This document shows positions 25,881-40,030 of a stretch of 64,000 nt of DNA, in pieces (within the stretch, counting starts at the first letter, position 1; every line of letters starts with the position of its first letter). The stretch covers positions 21,888,001-21,952,000 of the forward strand of contig NC_087251.1 in assembly GCF_037042905.1 (NCBI RefSeq). The letters run 5' to 3'. Origin of the DNA: Lytechinus pictus (taxonomy: Eukaryota). The notes under the pieces were generated by a model that ran no database searches, was not told the origin of the DNA, and saw nothing but the letters and a program-made list of their open reading frames with translations. The translations under genes were made by a program, and so were the position numbers.

Positions 25881-28800
25881 GTTTGTCTCTCTGTATAATT
25901 AAGCGGATTAGTACATGTAGTCATGCAATGCCAACTGTTGTATTGAGGATGCCCCCACGTGTCCTCCTTGGGCCTTCCTATTGGTTAGAAAGGCTTTCAC
26001 TTGGAACTACTAGTAACACTTACTTTGATTGGTTTGTCTGTGAAAAGATGGGCATGTAGTAATAATCTATGTGATACAGAAAAGACAATATTCAGGATAC
26101 CAATATGTGACAGTCATAGTGGCCCCTTATCTTGGAAGTTTATGACGTATGAAATGACAAAATATGACAGCTCTCCAAAATACCACCCCTGATTGCTTAA
26201 TGTAAGATCATGGAATGTCCTTGCCAATTATATGGCCAGAATCAAAATTAGATCTCCCAACTTAAAATTACAAATTTTATAAAGGTGAAAGATGCTACAT
26301 GATTTTTTTTTGTGGTAAAATTTTAGGTGTATTGACTTAAATGATTCACATCATGAGTGATTACATACCCGGAAATGAAAATACATTTTCTTTCTCCATT
26401 CTCATAGCCAGATTTTTTTTTCTTACAGAAGTAAACCATATTGACAGAATTTAGGCTCATAATGGCAAAATGAAGGCTCTAAATTACCTTTTATGCAGTT
26501 TGACAGGGGTGATGATAATGCTTGTTTTTCAGATATTTGCTTATTTTTTCCCCAGTGTTGTGCAAGTACCTTTCTTTCTACTTGAATATAGATTAAAGTG
26601 TCCAGCTTGCCAAATTAAAGAAACAGAGACTTTTATGGAATCCAGAGTTTCATGATGTAATAAATTATTTCTGCAAAGGCAAAACAAACAAATCTGTCCT
26701 TCAGTGGAATTCATGTTCAACTTTTTATGCAGCGTTGCAGTGTGTGCATTTCATATTTAGCATGGTTTCAAAGTTTCTAGCTTTAAATCGGCCACTTTGG
26801 ACATCGCTATATTTTCCAAATTATAGGCCCTAAAGATTTTTAACATTTGCAATTGATTTTGTCAGATGATATTTAGTTTTACCAGAAAACATCAAAGATT
26901 TATATTCAGAATGAAGAAGAACACAGAATAGATGATTTCAGGTGGGGTAGCAATGTAGTAATATAATCTTTATTCTATAGATAATCAAGTTATATTGGCA
27001 TAGTGATAAGGGCTATGAATGGTTCCTGTAGGCATCTGTATCACATCATAAATTGTTAGGCTGCAAAATCGTTTTCTATACCGTAATATCATTTGAAAAG
27101 CCCTAAATTGGTTTATCATAAATACATTTGATGACTCCTGCTCCAAGTTTTCTATAATTCAAGATGGTTTTGCACTGTGTCTGACAGTTTGGCAATAACA
27201 GGACTACTTTTATTATATAATATGGTCTCTATATTTGCTCTACAGCATATTTTTTTTCATTTTCCTTTCCCCTTTATTGTACCTAAAAACTGAATTTACG
27301 ATTTCCACATGTCTTATGGTTATTAATGTCCTCATGCTTTTAGATGGGTTTTTTGGCACTTTGAGGTGTCATAAATATCTCGAAATATCAATACAATGTA
27401 TCAACCCATTCATGTCATTTTGCATCTATCTCACTTTTTATCAAGTTAAGAATTTGCATTCAGAATTGTATGTTAGCAAACAAAACTCTTTATGATTTAT
27501 CACATGAATGTATATTTGTCATTATAAAAACAGAAAATAAATCATCTGTACCTATGTAGAACAGTTTTACAGTACAGATCAGGAATTTCCATTGTGAGCT
27601 TTTCGCTCTCCCCCCCCCCCTCTCGTTCTTCCTCTCTTCATCACTCTGTTTACAAGTTTTGAAGTATATTTTTTTCACTTGCAATTTAACCAAAAAGTGG
27701 AGGGAAATTGAAATTGCTGTGTTTTCATATACCTATGTACCATGAGCAAATGCTAATATCAAAAAAGGAAAAAAAATTGCATTAATTAATGGACAGTTTA
27801 GATTAAGAAACAAAATTGTATCCATGCATTCACTTAACTTATGTGATTTTTTTTTTACTTGTGACACTAATTTGCTTTACATGTTGTGCAAATTTCATAA
27901 GTATATTAACAGTGATTCAAACAAAAAAAACCACAGAGACGTTGAATTAATAGTTATTACTTTATTGTGCCCCAAAGCGCATCCTCCAGAATCTGACTAC
28001 ACCGGATCATACAAAAAACAATGATTGAAGACTGCGTTTATTCAATCAGCCCTCGATGATTCAATTCATGTCCAAACCAATAAACTTCCAAACACTTACT
28101 GCAGTGCCTTGAGATTGTTCTGGAAGACTTATCGGTTCAGAGGTAATGAAAATATGGAAGAGGAGGGAAAGATGACTGATTTACCGAGGCCGATTAAAAT
28201 CTTGTCATGTGTTTTTCTTGGTGGGACGTGGTTCATGATGAATGTCGGCTTTCCGAGCGATTCTTCCCAAGTTGTCCATTTGCATTATGACATCAATCAA
28301 TGTTGTCATCTGAAGAGATTCGGGCGATGATTTTCTAGAAAATGGTGATCATCCTAAACCCTTATAGCACTCATCAATATTTTTTGCCCCAAAACAAACT
28401 TGCAGCATTGAAGATGCTTTTATCTCCATCATGTTTGTTCACAGCAAAAGGAGACAATTCAGCTCTCTACCCCAATGAAGATTTTTTTTTCGATATAAAT
28501 GATAAATTAATTACCAGTGTTAATGTACAGATACAAGATATTCATTTGTGCTTTATTAATGCCCACCAAATATCCTGGCATGTTTAAAGATTTCAATATG
28601 ATGTTTGGCAATTTAAAAACTTGAACATTCTACAATAGGTAATTGAACATTTTGTGTTGATTAAGACATGGTTGATACTGCATACCCAATGGTGTAATGA
28701 AGAGTCCGTAGCCAATCTTTCAATCGGATGTATTCTGATTCTTAATAGACTACAATCCTTGGTGTGTGATTGAAAGCGATGAATTTTTAAAGTCTATCTC

Positions 28801-29728
28801 TCACAATAGGTATTTAGAATTCTTCTCTTGTATTGGATGTCGTTTGATTAATCTATTAAGCCTAACACACATTTATCTGATCCTCCATTTGCAAGTCTTA
28901 ATGTTCTCTGCATACACAATTTAGCATCAGATGTGCATTTTGTTAAAATGAGCAGTAAAATGCAATTAAAGGAACACATGGAATCACTCAGCGTGATGAC
29001 ACTTACTTGAGAATCGAGGTTCCAACTGCAATTTGCATACATTATTAAAAAAAAACTTTTTTAAAGTATGCACAGACTAAAGTTAGCAATTTCCATTATT
29101 AATGTCTCCAGCCTTGCGTATCACTCTGTTCATTTCTGGTTATTTCAGGATGATCGAATCTCTTACCGCAATCGGTTTTTCCCTTTTTTTTGCTCTGATT
29201 CACCTGAAGATATTCTGGGGAACAGAGATGAAAGAGAAGATGCGAAGGATATGGAAGGCTTAGCAGGAAATGTGATGGACTTGCGCAATAATGTTGTGGC
29301 TTCGCATCAATCTGTATGCACATTTTTATTGACTGTTACCATGCATAGAAATCAACTTAAAGAATTGATAGCAAACCACCATCAGTCTATGACATACACT
29401 GACTGATGATATTCATTATAACAATATCACTTGTGGAGAGCGGGAAAAGTGCTTGTAATTTATGTAAATAGACATGTTTCTAACCGCTTTAGCTGTCACT
29501 GGTTTCACGTCATTGGGTAATTGTCGTTTGATTTCGCCAATCCATTTAGGAAAAGCACACCTTTTGCTGGAAATCAAGCAGATATTCCTAAAAGTTTTAC
29601 ACCTCCCCAATCAGAAAAAACTGATATCTTCTCTTTGGCGGTTGTATTTTTTATCATGATCAGATAATATCGTGATCAGATAATACCCATTTTTATCTTT
29701 ATAGTAAGGGGTGTTTTAACGGTGCATT

Positions 29729-29880
29729 ATACCTCGGTCACATTTCCTCTACAGCGAGTCAAAAACAGCCGTTTTATTCATTTTTATTCAAACCACCTAT
29801 ATGTAGCTGGTACAATAAATGTTAAACGGCTGTTTTCAACTCGCCGTACGGCCGCCGTAGAGCAAATGTGACCGAGGTAT
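29729..29880. mobile_element. Harbinger-like MITE, copy 2 (family of 23384-23513)
   Basis: Same TIRs atacctcggtcacattt / aaatgtgaccgaggtat; the central segment is inverted relative to copy 1. Confidence 0.85.
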
Positions 29881-30164
29881 TAGAAACACATATTTTGTTG
29901 CGCAAGATTTGCCTATGCAGTATGAGATGGTATTGCACAAAGCAGCGAAATCTAACAAATATCTAATAGACTACTGTATAGAACTTGCTGTTCAATGTAC
30001 CAAAGTACCATAAAGAAAAGTTTAATGGTATGAGAAAATGTGCGAAATATATAATGCGCACAATAATCAAAGCAATGTAATTTGGAACAGAGACCAGAGA
30101 TACTATCATAAAGAGCTGCATGTAAGTCGTACATCTGTGATCATACTGATCTTGTGATATAAGA

Positions 30165-30448
30165 CTGGGGTCCTGTCTTACAAAGAGTTGCGATTGATTC
30201 AATCAACCTCAGTTATATGGAAATCCATCATTGTCATAATTTTTCCTACCAAATTTTGCACAAAGTTCTTTTGTAAACCAAGAGGAGCACATCAAATTGT
30301 CAAGTCAGCAATGAATGTGTGTGTATACATCATAATCATATCTAGAAAACATTTTGAAACAAACATACATTTCAGATGTTGATATGACTGGCTTTCCATA
30401 GTTGTGGTTGATCGGATCAGTCGCAACTCTTTGTAAGACGGGACCCAG
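30165..30448. mobile_element. MITE with about 45-bp TIRs
   Basis: ctggggtcctgtcttacaaagagttgcgattgat / atcagtcgcaactctttgtaagacgggacccag. Confidence 0.85.
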
Positions 30449-33400
30449 ATCAACTATTTGTATAAGTGACATAATTTTGCTTAATCACTTTTTTGTGGGG
30501 GGGGGGGATAATGAGTAATTTATATCGGATGGCTTTATTTCATGGAATACCAGAATAATTCCACTGGTTAGGTTTATGCTGTATTGACCATAACTCTTTG
30601 AATATTTCTGGTATTCTATTCTGAGCCATCCAGTATGAATATGATTATTTTCCTAGTGTAAATGCAATGTAATATATTAGTGAAGAAAATACCCATTCAT
30701 TTTGCAAGAACTTTTGCAAGTATATGATTTTTTTTTCAGCCCACCAAATTTTGGAGCATGGAGAATGCAGATTCTGCTCTATTAAATGCAAATTTGCTTT
30801 AAATAGTAAAGAACTTGCTGTGGAAACTTTTGTTTCCCTGATCTTGTTCATCACTGGATTTTGTGGCCAACAAGTTATGTTGAGTTTGGGGACAGATAGC
30901 AGGACCAGCTCATCAGGTCTTCTCAAGGTCTAAGTCAAACCTTACTCTTTATGAAATACCCTCCGATTTTATAGATCAATTGGACATTAATAGTTCCTTG
31001 GTAGTGAGAAGGAAAGAATGCTTCCTATTACTATTACAAAGCAGGCCATCAAGTCTTCTTACAGGAAGAACTAAATTGTATATTTTCCAAGAATGGAAAA
31101 CATGTATCCTAAATATATTCAATGAAATAGGATTAAGGTATTGGATTCCATGACATTTGTCCTGGCAGCAGTTTCTCCGTGTAAAATTCACCACACAATG
31201 CAAATGATTAACTTCAACCCTAGATTTAACATTATACCCTATCCTAAACCTAACCCTATTACGACCCTATGCTATCCTACAGCTTAGACGAGAAAGGCCT
31301 GGAACAAGTGTTGCAGTAGCAAACGTCAAGTCGCCAGGCATTGATGTAATAAACGATTGATATAAAGAAAGCTCTACAGTAAGCCTACAGGAAACTGAAT
31401 ATTTTCTTGAATTCTAATGAAATGTAAATGTTTGCAGTGTGCGACAGCATTTCTTATTTCATACAGAACAAAGAGAAATATCTCTTTGATTTGATAAATG
31501 TCACTGTTCTGTCGAAGGAAATGCTCTACAGATGAGCAGGAAGTTTAGTATTGTAATGGCAATTAGCATGGATGAGGTGATGTCGTCACCACCGGTAGAG
31601 AATACTTTCCCTTTCCCCAGAGCCTAGTATTGATGTTATAGAGTATTTTGGCATCTTCTGCAGATTTTTTGTCTTTTCTATCATTTCAAAGAGCAATTAA
31701 TGGGTATTGAAGAAAGGGGGGGGGGGGGAAATAAATATTTCTGAATTTAATATAGTATTTTTTCTTGAAAGAGAATTAAGTAAGAGAAAACAGAGTGGAA
31801 TACAATGTGAAAAGGTCCTTTTGTTTGTCTAGGCAAATGACAAAATGAAATGGAAATAGAATTAAAAGGCTTGTTTGCATTTTATGGTGATAGTGAATTG
31901 ATAAAGGTTAGTAAAGGGTAATAAAAATACTATTTAAAAAGATGTGAATGGGAAAGACAGAAGTCTGCTACAAAGCTCACCTCAATTTCAGAATAGTATT
32001 GAAGTTTTATCATGCAAGGATCGTGTTTTGAAGTCTATTTACTACATCAATTACACTGTAAAAACGCTGTTTAAAATTTTAAGCATGTTGTTTAAGCCCT
32101 TCACTGTAATAACTATTTTTTAAACTTTTAAAACAAGTTGTTTAAAAAGTGTCTCTATGCGCTTCCAAAGGATTTTAAAATCGATATATGATCAATTTTT
32201 GATCAGTTTTAGTATTAGTTTTAAAAACCCATTCACATTTTTACTGATGCTGATGAGAAGTTAGTTTGGTTGTCAGAGCATTATTTGTCCTGCGTTTAAA
32301 CTGTGTCCGAGGGACTGTTTTAATTTTGGAAGGTAGGAGAGACAGAGAGAAAGACTCCCCGTTCAGCTCAACGTACGTTTCGCACGCGAGCACAAAGAAG
32401 ATCAATCAAGCACATCACCTATTCAATGTCTCGAGAATTTAGGTAGGGAATTTTTTAGGTCTCCAGTTACTTAAAACACGATATGGCCCTTTTATCTATA
32501 AAATAAGACCAATTTTATGAGAAATGGACAATTCTAAGAGCAAAATTTTAGAACTCCGATCGGATAGATCATCTTCACAGGTCATTACGTATATGCATTA
32601 AACCATGGATGGCTATGCATACCGCTGAATAAAATACTTTCGGACGGGCTGCGGACTGACTGGCACTGTAACGTTGGATCTACCTCGGCTCGACTCATGT
32701 TAGCTTGCTCCATGCTACCGATACACGTCGTGTCCAACCGCGGCCGGGTCCCGCCTTGGGGCCATTGCATGCAGGCATGTCCGCATATGGGAATGATGCG
32801 ATGTAATATCGATGTGGCAGATATGGCAAGTTCCGACTCGGAGTCCTCATATAAGACACAGTAGAAGCCCGGATCTATTCACAGTTAGTTGAGCGACATG
32901 GCTGATTTGCTTGTTTGTTATGTTAAAACAGTTGTCCAGTACATTTTATTTAATTAAGGCACTTGCCGGCTTAAAACGAAACTCGATTTTCAATTTCATT
33001 TTATTTTCCCAGCGTGTTTGTCCCATTGAAGACACTGTTAGAAAAAAAATTGCATCGAAATCAAAAAAATCACCAAAAATCCAAAACCAAAGTGATTTCG
33101 CTCGCACGCACACGCGACCCGAGTGATCAGTTAAGCCCTGTTATTTGCCATATTTTGGATATGCTTTTTCTTAAGTACCTGTTTTGACATTCTAATCTTT
33201 AAGATGATTTTAAAACATGGACAGAATTTGAACTGTCATATTTCTGATTTGTTCACTCAATTTGAATTCACATTCTTAAGTTTAAAAAAATATATCTATC
33301 AGGAGAAATTTGTAGAACATAAGAGTCCTCAGATAGATTAGTTCCAATATAGATTCAGGAACTGCTGGAGATATTTCACTTTATCCACAGTGGGTTTAAT

Positions 33401-34322
33401 AATCAAACAAATATACATATATTTACTGGACAATATCCTTTAATCGTGTGTAAATGCTCTCTACAGTTAAGACATTGATAATTTCAGGAATAGCAATTTC
33501 TGAGCCCCAGAGGCTTGTTCATGCCTTTCCCAGAGTATTGGAAACACATCTTGAATAATCACCTCTCTAAGGTGTCATGTTTCACCAACCATTTTTTGCT
33601 AAACATCTGTAACATTCAAGCTTCTCACCATTTTTTGTTGTTGATAAAACATATGAGGCATCCAGGCTTTTCTTGATTAAAATTCCCCATATTCTGATTT
33701 TCCTGTCTTTTTTGTTGAGGGCCAGCTGCTAATTTGAAAGTCATTGATTTTCCTCAAGTAATCTTGCCTGTCAGATAGCTATGCCGTAAGAAGTCAACCG
33801 TAGCTGTGCGTGGGTCTAATTGCAAGGAGTAGTATTTTTTTCTTTAGAAATTTCTCCCCTAATATCTAACAGTGAACTTGCTTGTCATATTACTCTGCTG
33901 AGATAGGATACATTCTAGATTTATGATTTCAAACTTCCAGTCCCATATCAAATAGATAATGGGGGGGGGGGGGAGTGAAATTCCTTTTTCACCACTCTAA
34001 AAGAAAGTGAAATTACTAGAAATCTAAATTAGATAAAGGGTGCAGAGAAAGAACAAGACCCCCCTCCACATACCTATAACATTTATTTGAAGGTTCATTA
34101 ATATCCCAAATTAAACTTCAATTTAATTTAGAATCAAATCCTTAATCATAGTATCTTAGGTTTTATTTCAAAAGTTAAAAATCTAAAGTTATCCATGATT
34201 ATAGAAGACTGAGAAGCTGGATATGCTTTTAATTTGCTGTTCATTTTTTAAAGAAAAAATAAGGAAATTGTATGGACAGTACATCATGAGGCCATAAGAT
34301 GTGTCCTACAGATACAAATTAA

Positions 34323-34630
34323 AGATAAATATTAGTTGTGGTAACGAGCTAAAAATGTGTTCGAACAGAATCCAATTAAATTACCACCGAACAGTTTTTA
34401 TGTATAAATAAGAAATATGTGTTAAATAGCTCTGGAAGAAAATGCGTATTTGCTGAGAAATGAGCAAAATACGCAAAGAATTTCATAAAATGTCAGATTT
34501 CATGATTTTGCAAAGATAAGTTTACATTAATGTATCAGATCTAGATGGAGAGTAATATTTTGACAATTAACCTTGATTAAAAAAACTTTCTCATTAAACA
34601 ATTGTTGGCTGCAACTACTTTCTTTTACCT
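34323..34630. mobile_element. Kolobok-like MITE
   Basis: TTAA at 34319-22 and 34631-34; imperfect TIRs; paralog at 19750-20080. Confidence 0.7.
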
Positions 34631-35685
34631 TTAATTTTTTTTTCCTTCTGTGAAGTGATATGAGGTCTTGTGTGAATGAAACTTAGCAAAGGAGGGCAAG
34701 GCCGGAGGAATCCATTTTGATTATATACCGATGATGTTTGTATATCTCGGGTCTTCATATCCACCCGTCACTGGCCATACACTCACAGACTAGTAATACC
34801 AAATATCAATCACAAATACCAGAACACTGTGACAGGAGGATGATATAACCTCTCTATTCTATTTTGAGTTATGAAAGGAGTGAAAGGAGATATTCATTGA
34901 GAGAAAGAGAGATGTAGGTTTGGTAGGGGTGGCATATAGACTCTAAAATTACAGGGATTATAAATAAATCCAAGTCATCTGTGGATTGGTGATTGATTAA
35001 TTGAACCTTTGATTAAGATTTAAAACCCCCCAAATTTCTTTATTAATCTAAAACGATTTAAAATATAATCTTTAAGAATTTTAATTTAAATCCAGAGGTC
35101 ATTTTGTCATTATATTCACAGCCAGTTATATTCAAGTGTAGGTTATGGTGTAGATACAGTGTCATGTATTATGCTGAAATCCATTGCAAATTGACAAACA
35201 AAGTTGACTTTTTAAGACCAAATATTTTTTGTCTTCCCATTGAGATGAAGATCAAGATGCAGGAACTTGTTGATTTGTCTTTTCTTTGAGCATTCTCATT
35301 ATACTGTATTTGACTGGTTTTCACTTAACTAGTTTAAGAAAGTAGATGACATCAGGGTCTAAGTTATCATTTTGATGCAATTTTTATATTACATTTATAT
35401 GTATTTTTGATTGAAAAGAGAAAGAGATGACAGGGATAATAGAGGAAAAAAAATCAAGAGAAAAAAAAATGAATTCCCAGAAAATGTGTGATAGGGAGAG
35501 AGAGAGATAGGGGTGGTGATGAAGAGAGAGAAAGAGAGAAGTTGGGTCAAGGAAAATAAGGTCAAGATCTGTATAAATTGCTTTGCTACCAGAGAAACTC
35601 AAAGAACTTGAGAACAGGGGTGTGGAAGAATAAAAAAAGAAGAGATTGACCCAACCTTGATTGATCCCGGTATGATTGAAAAGTA

Positions 35686-35929
35686 CACTGCAAAAACTCT
35701 GGTGTTGATTTAACACCAGCCCGGAATCTATATATGTCCACACCAGAGAAGCGTTAAACAACACCGGTTTGGGTATTAGTCTAACACCAGATAGGTGTTT
35801 ATTTAAAAAAAAATTAGTTTTAAAACAGCATTGGTTTGATTCCAAAATGGTGTTGTTTCAATACTTCTCTGGTGTGGACATATATAGATTCCGGGCTGTT
35901 GTTAAATCAACACCTGAGTTTTTGCAGTG
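35686..35929. mobile_element. Palindromic CACTG-terminated MITE (CMC/EnSpm-like)
   Basis: About 80-bp near-perfect TIRs cactgcaaaaactc...ccggaatctatatatgtccacaccagagaag; TA on both sides. Confidence 0.9.
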
Positions 35930-36767
35930 TAATTATGATTAGAAAGAAACTGCCTCAGATGCATTTGTTGTTACTCATCTATATTGCTGTTACATATTAT
36001 TTGCGACTAGAAAAATACAAACACATTGTAAAAAGGGTAGTTTTGCCAGTAGAGATGTGACGCACACGTAATGCATTCAAAGGGTTAAAGAAAGCAGGAA
36101 AAGGATTGTTTCTGTAGTAGCAAGCCAACGTATAACAATGATGTCAGCCTACTAAAGTTTGTCAAGATTGAATAATTAAGAAAAGTAAGTTAATTCTCAC
36201 ATGTGCATATCACCAGTGTTGTGTATATACATGTATAACTGTTCCATGAAATTAAGTGATTTTGAGAAGTGTATCTGATTTTTATAAAATTTCCAGGGTA
36301 ATTTCCCCCTCTCATATGCATATTACCTTGTTGTTGAGTTGGACTTGGTCTTCAATGGTTACATGATTGCATGTACATTTTGATATTCTACAAGTGTTTT
36401 TTTGTTTGTTATTTATCCTGTTTAATGTGGCAATAATACTGAAGCCTAATATTTTTTTCTTCTCCCATCTCTCCGCTTCTCCCCTCCTCTCTCTCTCTCT
36501 CTTTCCTTCCCTCCTTCTCCTTTCTTTTTCTGCTCTTCTGTGTTTTCATTCATGTACCTGTCACTGACTGGTCCAACTTTACTCATCAGGTAAGTGGTTA
36601 CAATTTTTCTATATATATATTAATTCAAATGTGTGTCAGAGCCTATTAGTAGGATGCGTGACAGAAGGGTGTGGTTGCCTTAGATGAGGAATCACTGAAA
36701 GGGTAAACTCTTGGGATAAGTTATGCCTCTTTTTTTTCTCACCACCAATTGAATACTTCTAGAGTAA

Positions 36768-37171
36768 GGCTTCAGTCACGACTCAGAGCAGTGACCGACC
36801 GATAAGTAGCCTGCTTGGGTGCCGCTGGAATTTAGGCATTGCCCTATGGTTTTTGTAGAAGTTGAGCGGGCTGTAAAATGACTTATTGGTGCCCGAGCAG
36901 TGCCCTGTCGATTACCCATTACTTAAGGCCAAATATCTGGGTTAAATCAGAGAACTTTCCTGTTTGGCATCCAAGCAGTGATCTGCTAACGACCCACTGA
37001 TTCCCGGGCTTTCTCCCACTTCCACCAGCCTGTACTTAAGAAATTGTCAGGCTGATCTTGAATTTGCCGCGAGATCATCAACTGATCTCTGAGCGGGCTG
37101 CAGCCGGTGACCGGCTAAAAACTCACCGCCCGGTCGCAGAGCAGGCTTATTTTTGGGGTGTGACCTTAGCC
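36768..37171. mobile_element. Harbinger-like MITE
   Basis: TAA on both sides; imperfect TIRs ggcttcagtcacgac / ggtgtgaccttagcc; GC-rich interior. Confidence 0.7.
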
Positions 37172-38489
37172 TAATGCATGTCTTTTCAGCAGTGTTGTGC
37201 ATCAAAAGAGAGCACCAAGTTCCCCCCTTAACTCCTCCCTAGAAAAGATATGTAACATCTATATTACTGCTATCTAAGGAACAAAAGAAATATGACCTGT
37301 AAATACACAAAATGTTTAAAACAAGTATCATTCAGAGAAAACCAATTGACGTGATAAGGAGAATTGTTGACTTTATTAAATAAGAACAATGTCAACATTG
37401 GGACTTCAAATAGAAATATGACTGATTTTTTTTTTAACATAATAGTACATTTATTTTGTTTGGTTTGGTCAATTGCATAAAATGATGAACCTTTTTGCTC
37501 CCAATCCCCATTTTTCTCAAGGCTTACTTCACTTTATGATCTGACCAAGTCATGGTCCTTTGAGAACATTACAGACTGTCAAAAGAACAAGAAATCAGAG
37601 ACAGAAAATTTCATGAAGGTCCCATTATAGTGGGTCGGACGTACATATTTTATGAAATTGCCCTTTTGTTTATCAGAATCATTCAAAGCTTAAAATCACA
37701 TTGTGGGTGTCAATTATAATGTTATCCAAGGGCAGACTAGCCCTCCTTTTCCTTATACTAACTGGAAAAGGAGAAGTATCGCCAACAATTCATATTGCAC
37801 TTTGTACTATTTTATTCTTGAAATGAGGATAAAAATCAATTTACATTTGAGAGTTATAAAATGCTCTCAAGACATTTGATATTTTATAGCATCATTTTTA
37901 TAGATTTATGATGATTGATGTGGAATGGTAAGAAAAGCAATGTGAAATTCTCTATTCTCTCATTTGGAACATGGACCTGACTGCTGGAAAACAATCTCTT
38001 CCTCTTTGCGGACTCTCCTCTCTAGCTCTAATGAGTTGCCTCACACCTGCTGAGGACTTAAGAATTCAATTTTAGTAATGGAATTTACCATGTACACCTT
38101 TGTGCTTACAATTGCCATGTTCTCACTGCCCATATTTTGGATAAGCACAATGTCTCACCTTGTGCACAGCCCCTTTGATACCAATTTCACTACACCTCTT
38201 ATGTACCACCAATGATCTCATTGCCCATTTTCCAATAGATAATGTTTTGGTAAGTGAAAAGAACATTAAGTACTACTTTAGCAGGGAGGGGAGGGGGGTG
38301 ATTGAATTATATGTTTAAGCCAATATATGGAAGATTCACATTGCTTTTATCTTATGAAGATGCTGGCTGATGTATAGCCTCATGGATACTATGTTTCGCA
38401 GTGCGACATGGACCAACATATTTTAATAATAATTGAAAAAATTAATAAAAATAAAAAAAGAAATTATGTAATTAAAATGACATGATCTC

Positions 38490-39165
38490 TTTTTGTCTCG
38501 CCCACCAGAGGTGAAGGCAAGACTTGGGGATCCAATTGTTGTCTGTCGTCCGTCCGTCACAAACCTTATGACACATAACTCCACAACCGTAAGTCACTTT
38601 TCAACCAAACTTGGATGGTAGATGGACTTAGGGGACCTGCATGTTATGCTGCAGTCGGAGGTCACATGGTAAGGTCAAAGGTCATTTTCAGGCCAACGTT
38701 AAGCTTACATGCAAGACTCTTATGACACCTAACTCCGCAACCGTAAGTCACTTTTCACCAAAACTTGGATTGTCGATGTAGTGATGAGACTTGCATGTCA
38801 TGCTGCAGTCAGAGGTCACATGGTAAGGTCAAAGGTCATTTTCAGTTCAACATTAAAGTTTTCATGCAAGACTCTCTTATGACACATAACTCTGCAACCG
38901 TAAATCACTTTTCAACCAAACTTGGATGGTAGATGTACTTAGGGGACCTGCATGCTATTGTGTTGGGAGGTCACATGGTGGGGTCAAAGTTCATTTTAAG
39001 GTCAACATTACAGTTTACGTGCAAGAATCTTATGACAAGTGTTAGTCCATCCCAATCATTTCATTATGAAGTTTCGATACAATTCTGTTGCGTGCCCTCG
39101 CAAATCACGATATTTCTGGTTATTTACATAAGTGGGCGAGACAGAAAATCGCTTTTGCCTTGTTT
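38490..39165 (+). mobile_element. Tsp/pearl/HINE-like (Helentron-associated) element with three ~154-bp internal repeats
   Basis: Subterminal IRs tgtctcgcccac (38494) / gtgggcgagaca (39132); 5' hairpin; (CGTC)n microsatellite; tandem core; ends cttgttt; T-rich insertion site. Confidence 0.88.
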
Positions 39166-39299
39166 CAATTTTCATTTTGAGTTTAATTAATTTTTCCACT
39201 CTTGTTTTCATTTACAATTCATAATCATACATACATGATATTTAATTCATAATGATACATATAAACCAAGAATAATTTGATTATAATATAAAGTTGAAA

Positions 39300-40030
39300 A
39301 GTGAACATGTATATAAAACCAACAAAGTATTCAATAGGTAAGTACAATGAGTTGGAGAAGAGGTTTCTGCAAAAATTAAATTAAGATTAAAAGTTATATT
39401 ATAATTATACCATAACAGAGAACAAAAATAAGAATAGAAAGCTGATGTGAAAGACTCAGAGAAAGATAGGTGAGAGAAAGGGGGGAGAACTGAAACATGT
39501 CAGTCAGTGTTGAGGTGAAAGCTTTGGGGTACGTTTAAGCTTTCATCTAATGAATTCTAGAATTTAGTGCCAATAAACATAAATATCTTATTTTAAAAAA
39601 CGTTGTCTGTCAATTGAATGTAAAAAGAGTGTGAAAGTCTTGTTGGGTGCCTATGCATGGAGCTGTTTTTAGTGAATAGATTGGAACAAAATTTGGCGAT
39701 TCTTTTGTGTTGTATTTAAACATAAATTGTCCTAAATGAAAGTAAAAAAAGATTGTTCACTTTCAATATTTTATTGACATAGGAAAAAGGGTTAGTGTGA
39801 GAATAGCAACCTTCTTTTGATATTATACAGACAATATTCTTTTGAAGCAAGTAAAAAGTCTGTCAAGGTGAACTTTGGAAGCATTTCCCCAAGCAAGGAT
39901 ACCATAATTAAGACAGGGTAGAATTAAAGTAGAATATAACTTTACGAGATTTGAAGAAGGGAAAACATATTTTGATTTGTTAATTGATCCAATATTTCTG
40001 GAAATAGTTTAACATGCTGTCAGTGAGAAA
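39300..40030 (-). mobile_element. Degraded CR1/L2-group (Crack-like) LINE 3' fragment
   Basis: Manual minus-strand translation: ISRNIGSINKSKYVFPSSNLVKLYSTLILPCLNYGILAWGNASK...YSHTNPF...KILKVNN...HLGQFMFKY, with frameshifts and stops. Confidence 0.85.

Noticed and set aside
31218..31275. aaccct-like repeats resembling telomeric sequence
   Set aside because: Short, degenerate and irregular; a common simple-repeat remnant
35384..36060. Opposing ORFs sharing the peptide SLVWTYIDSGL
   Set aside because: Artefact of translating both arms of the palindromic MITE at 35686-35929
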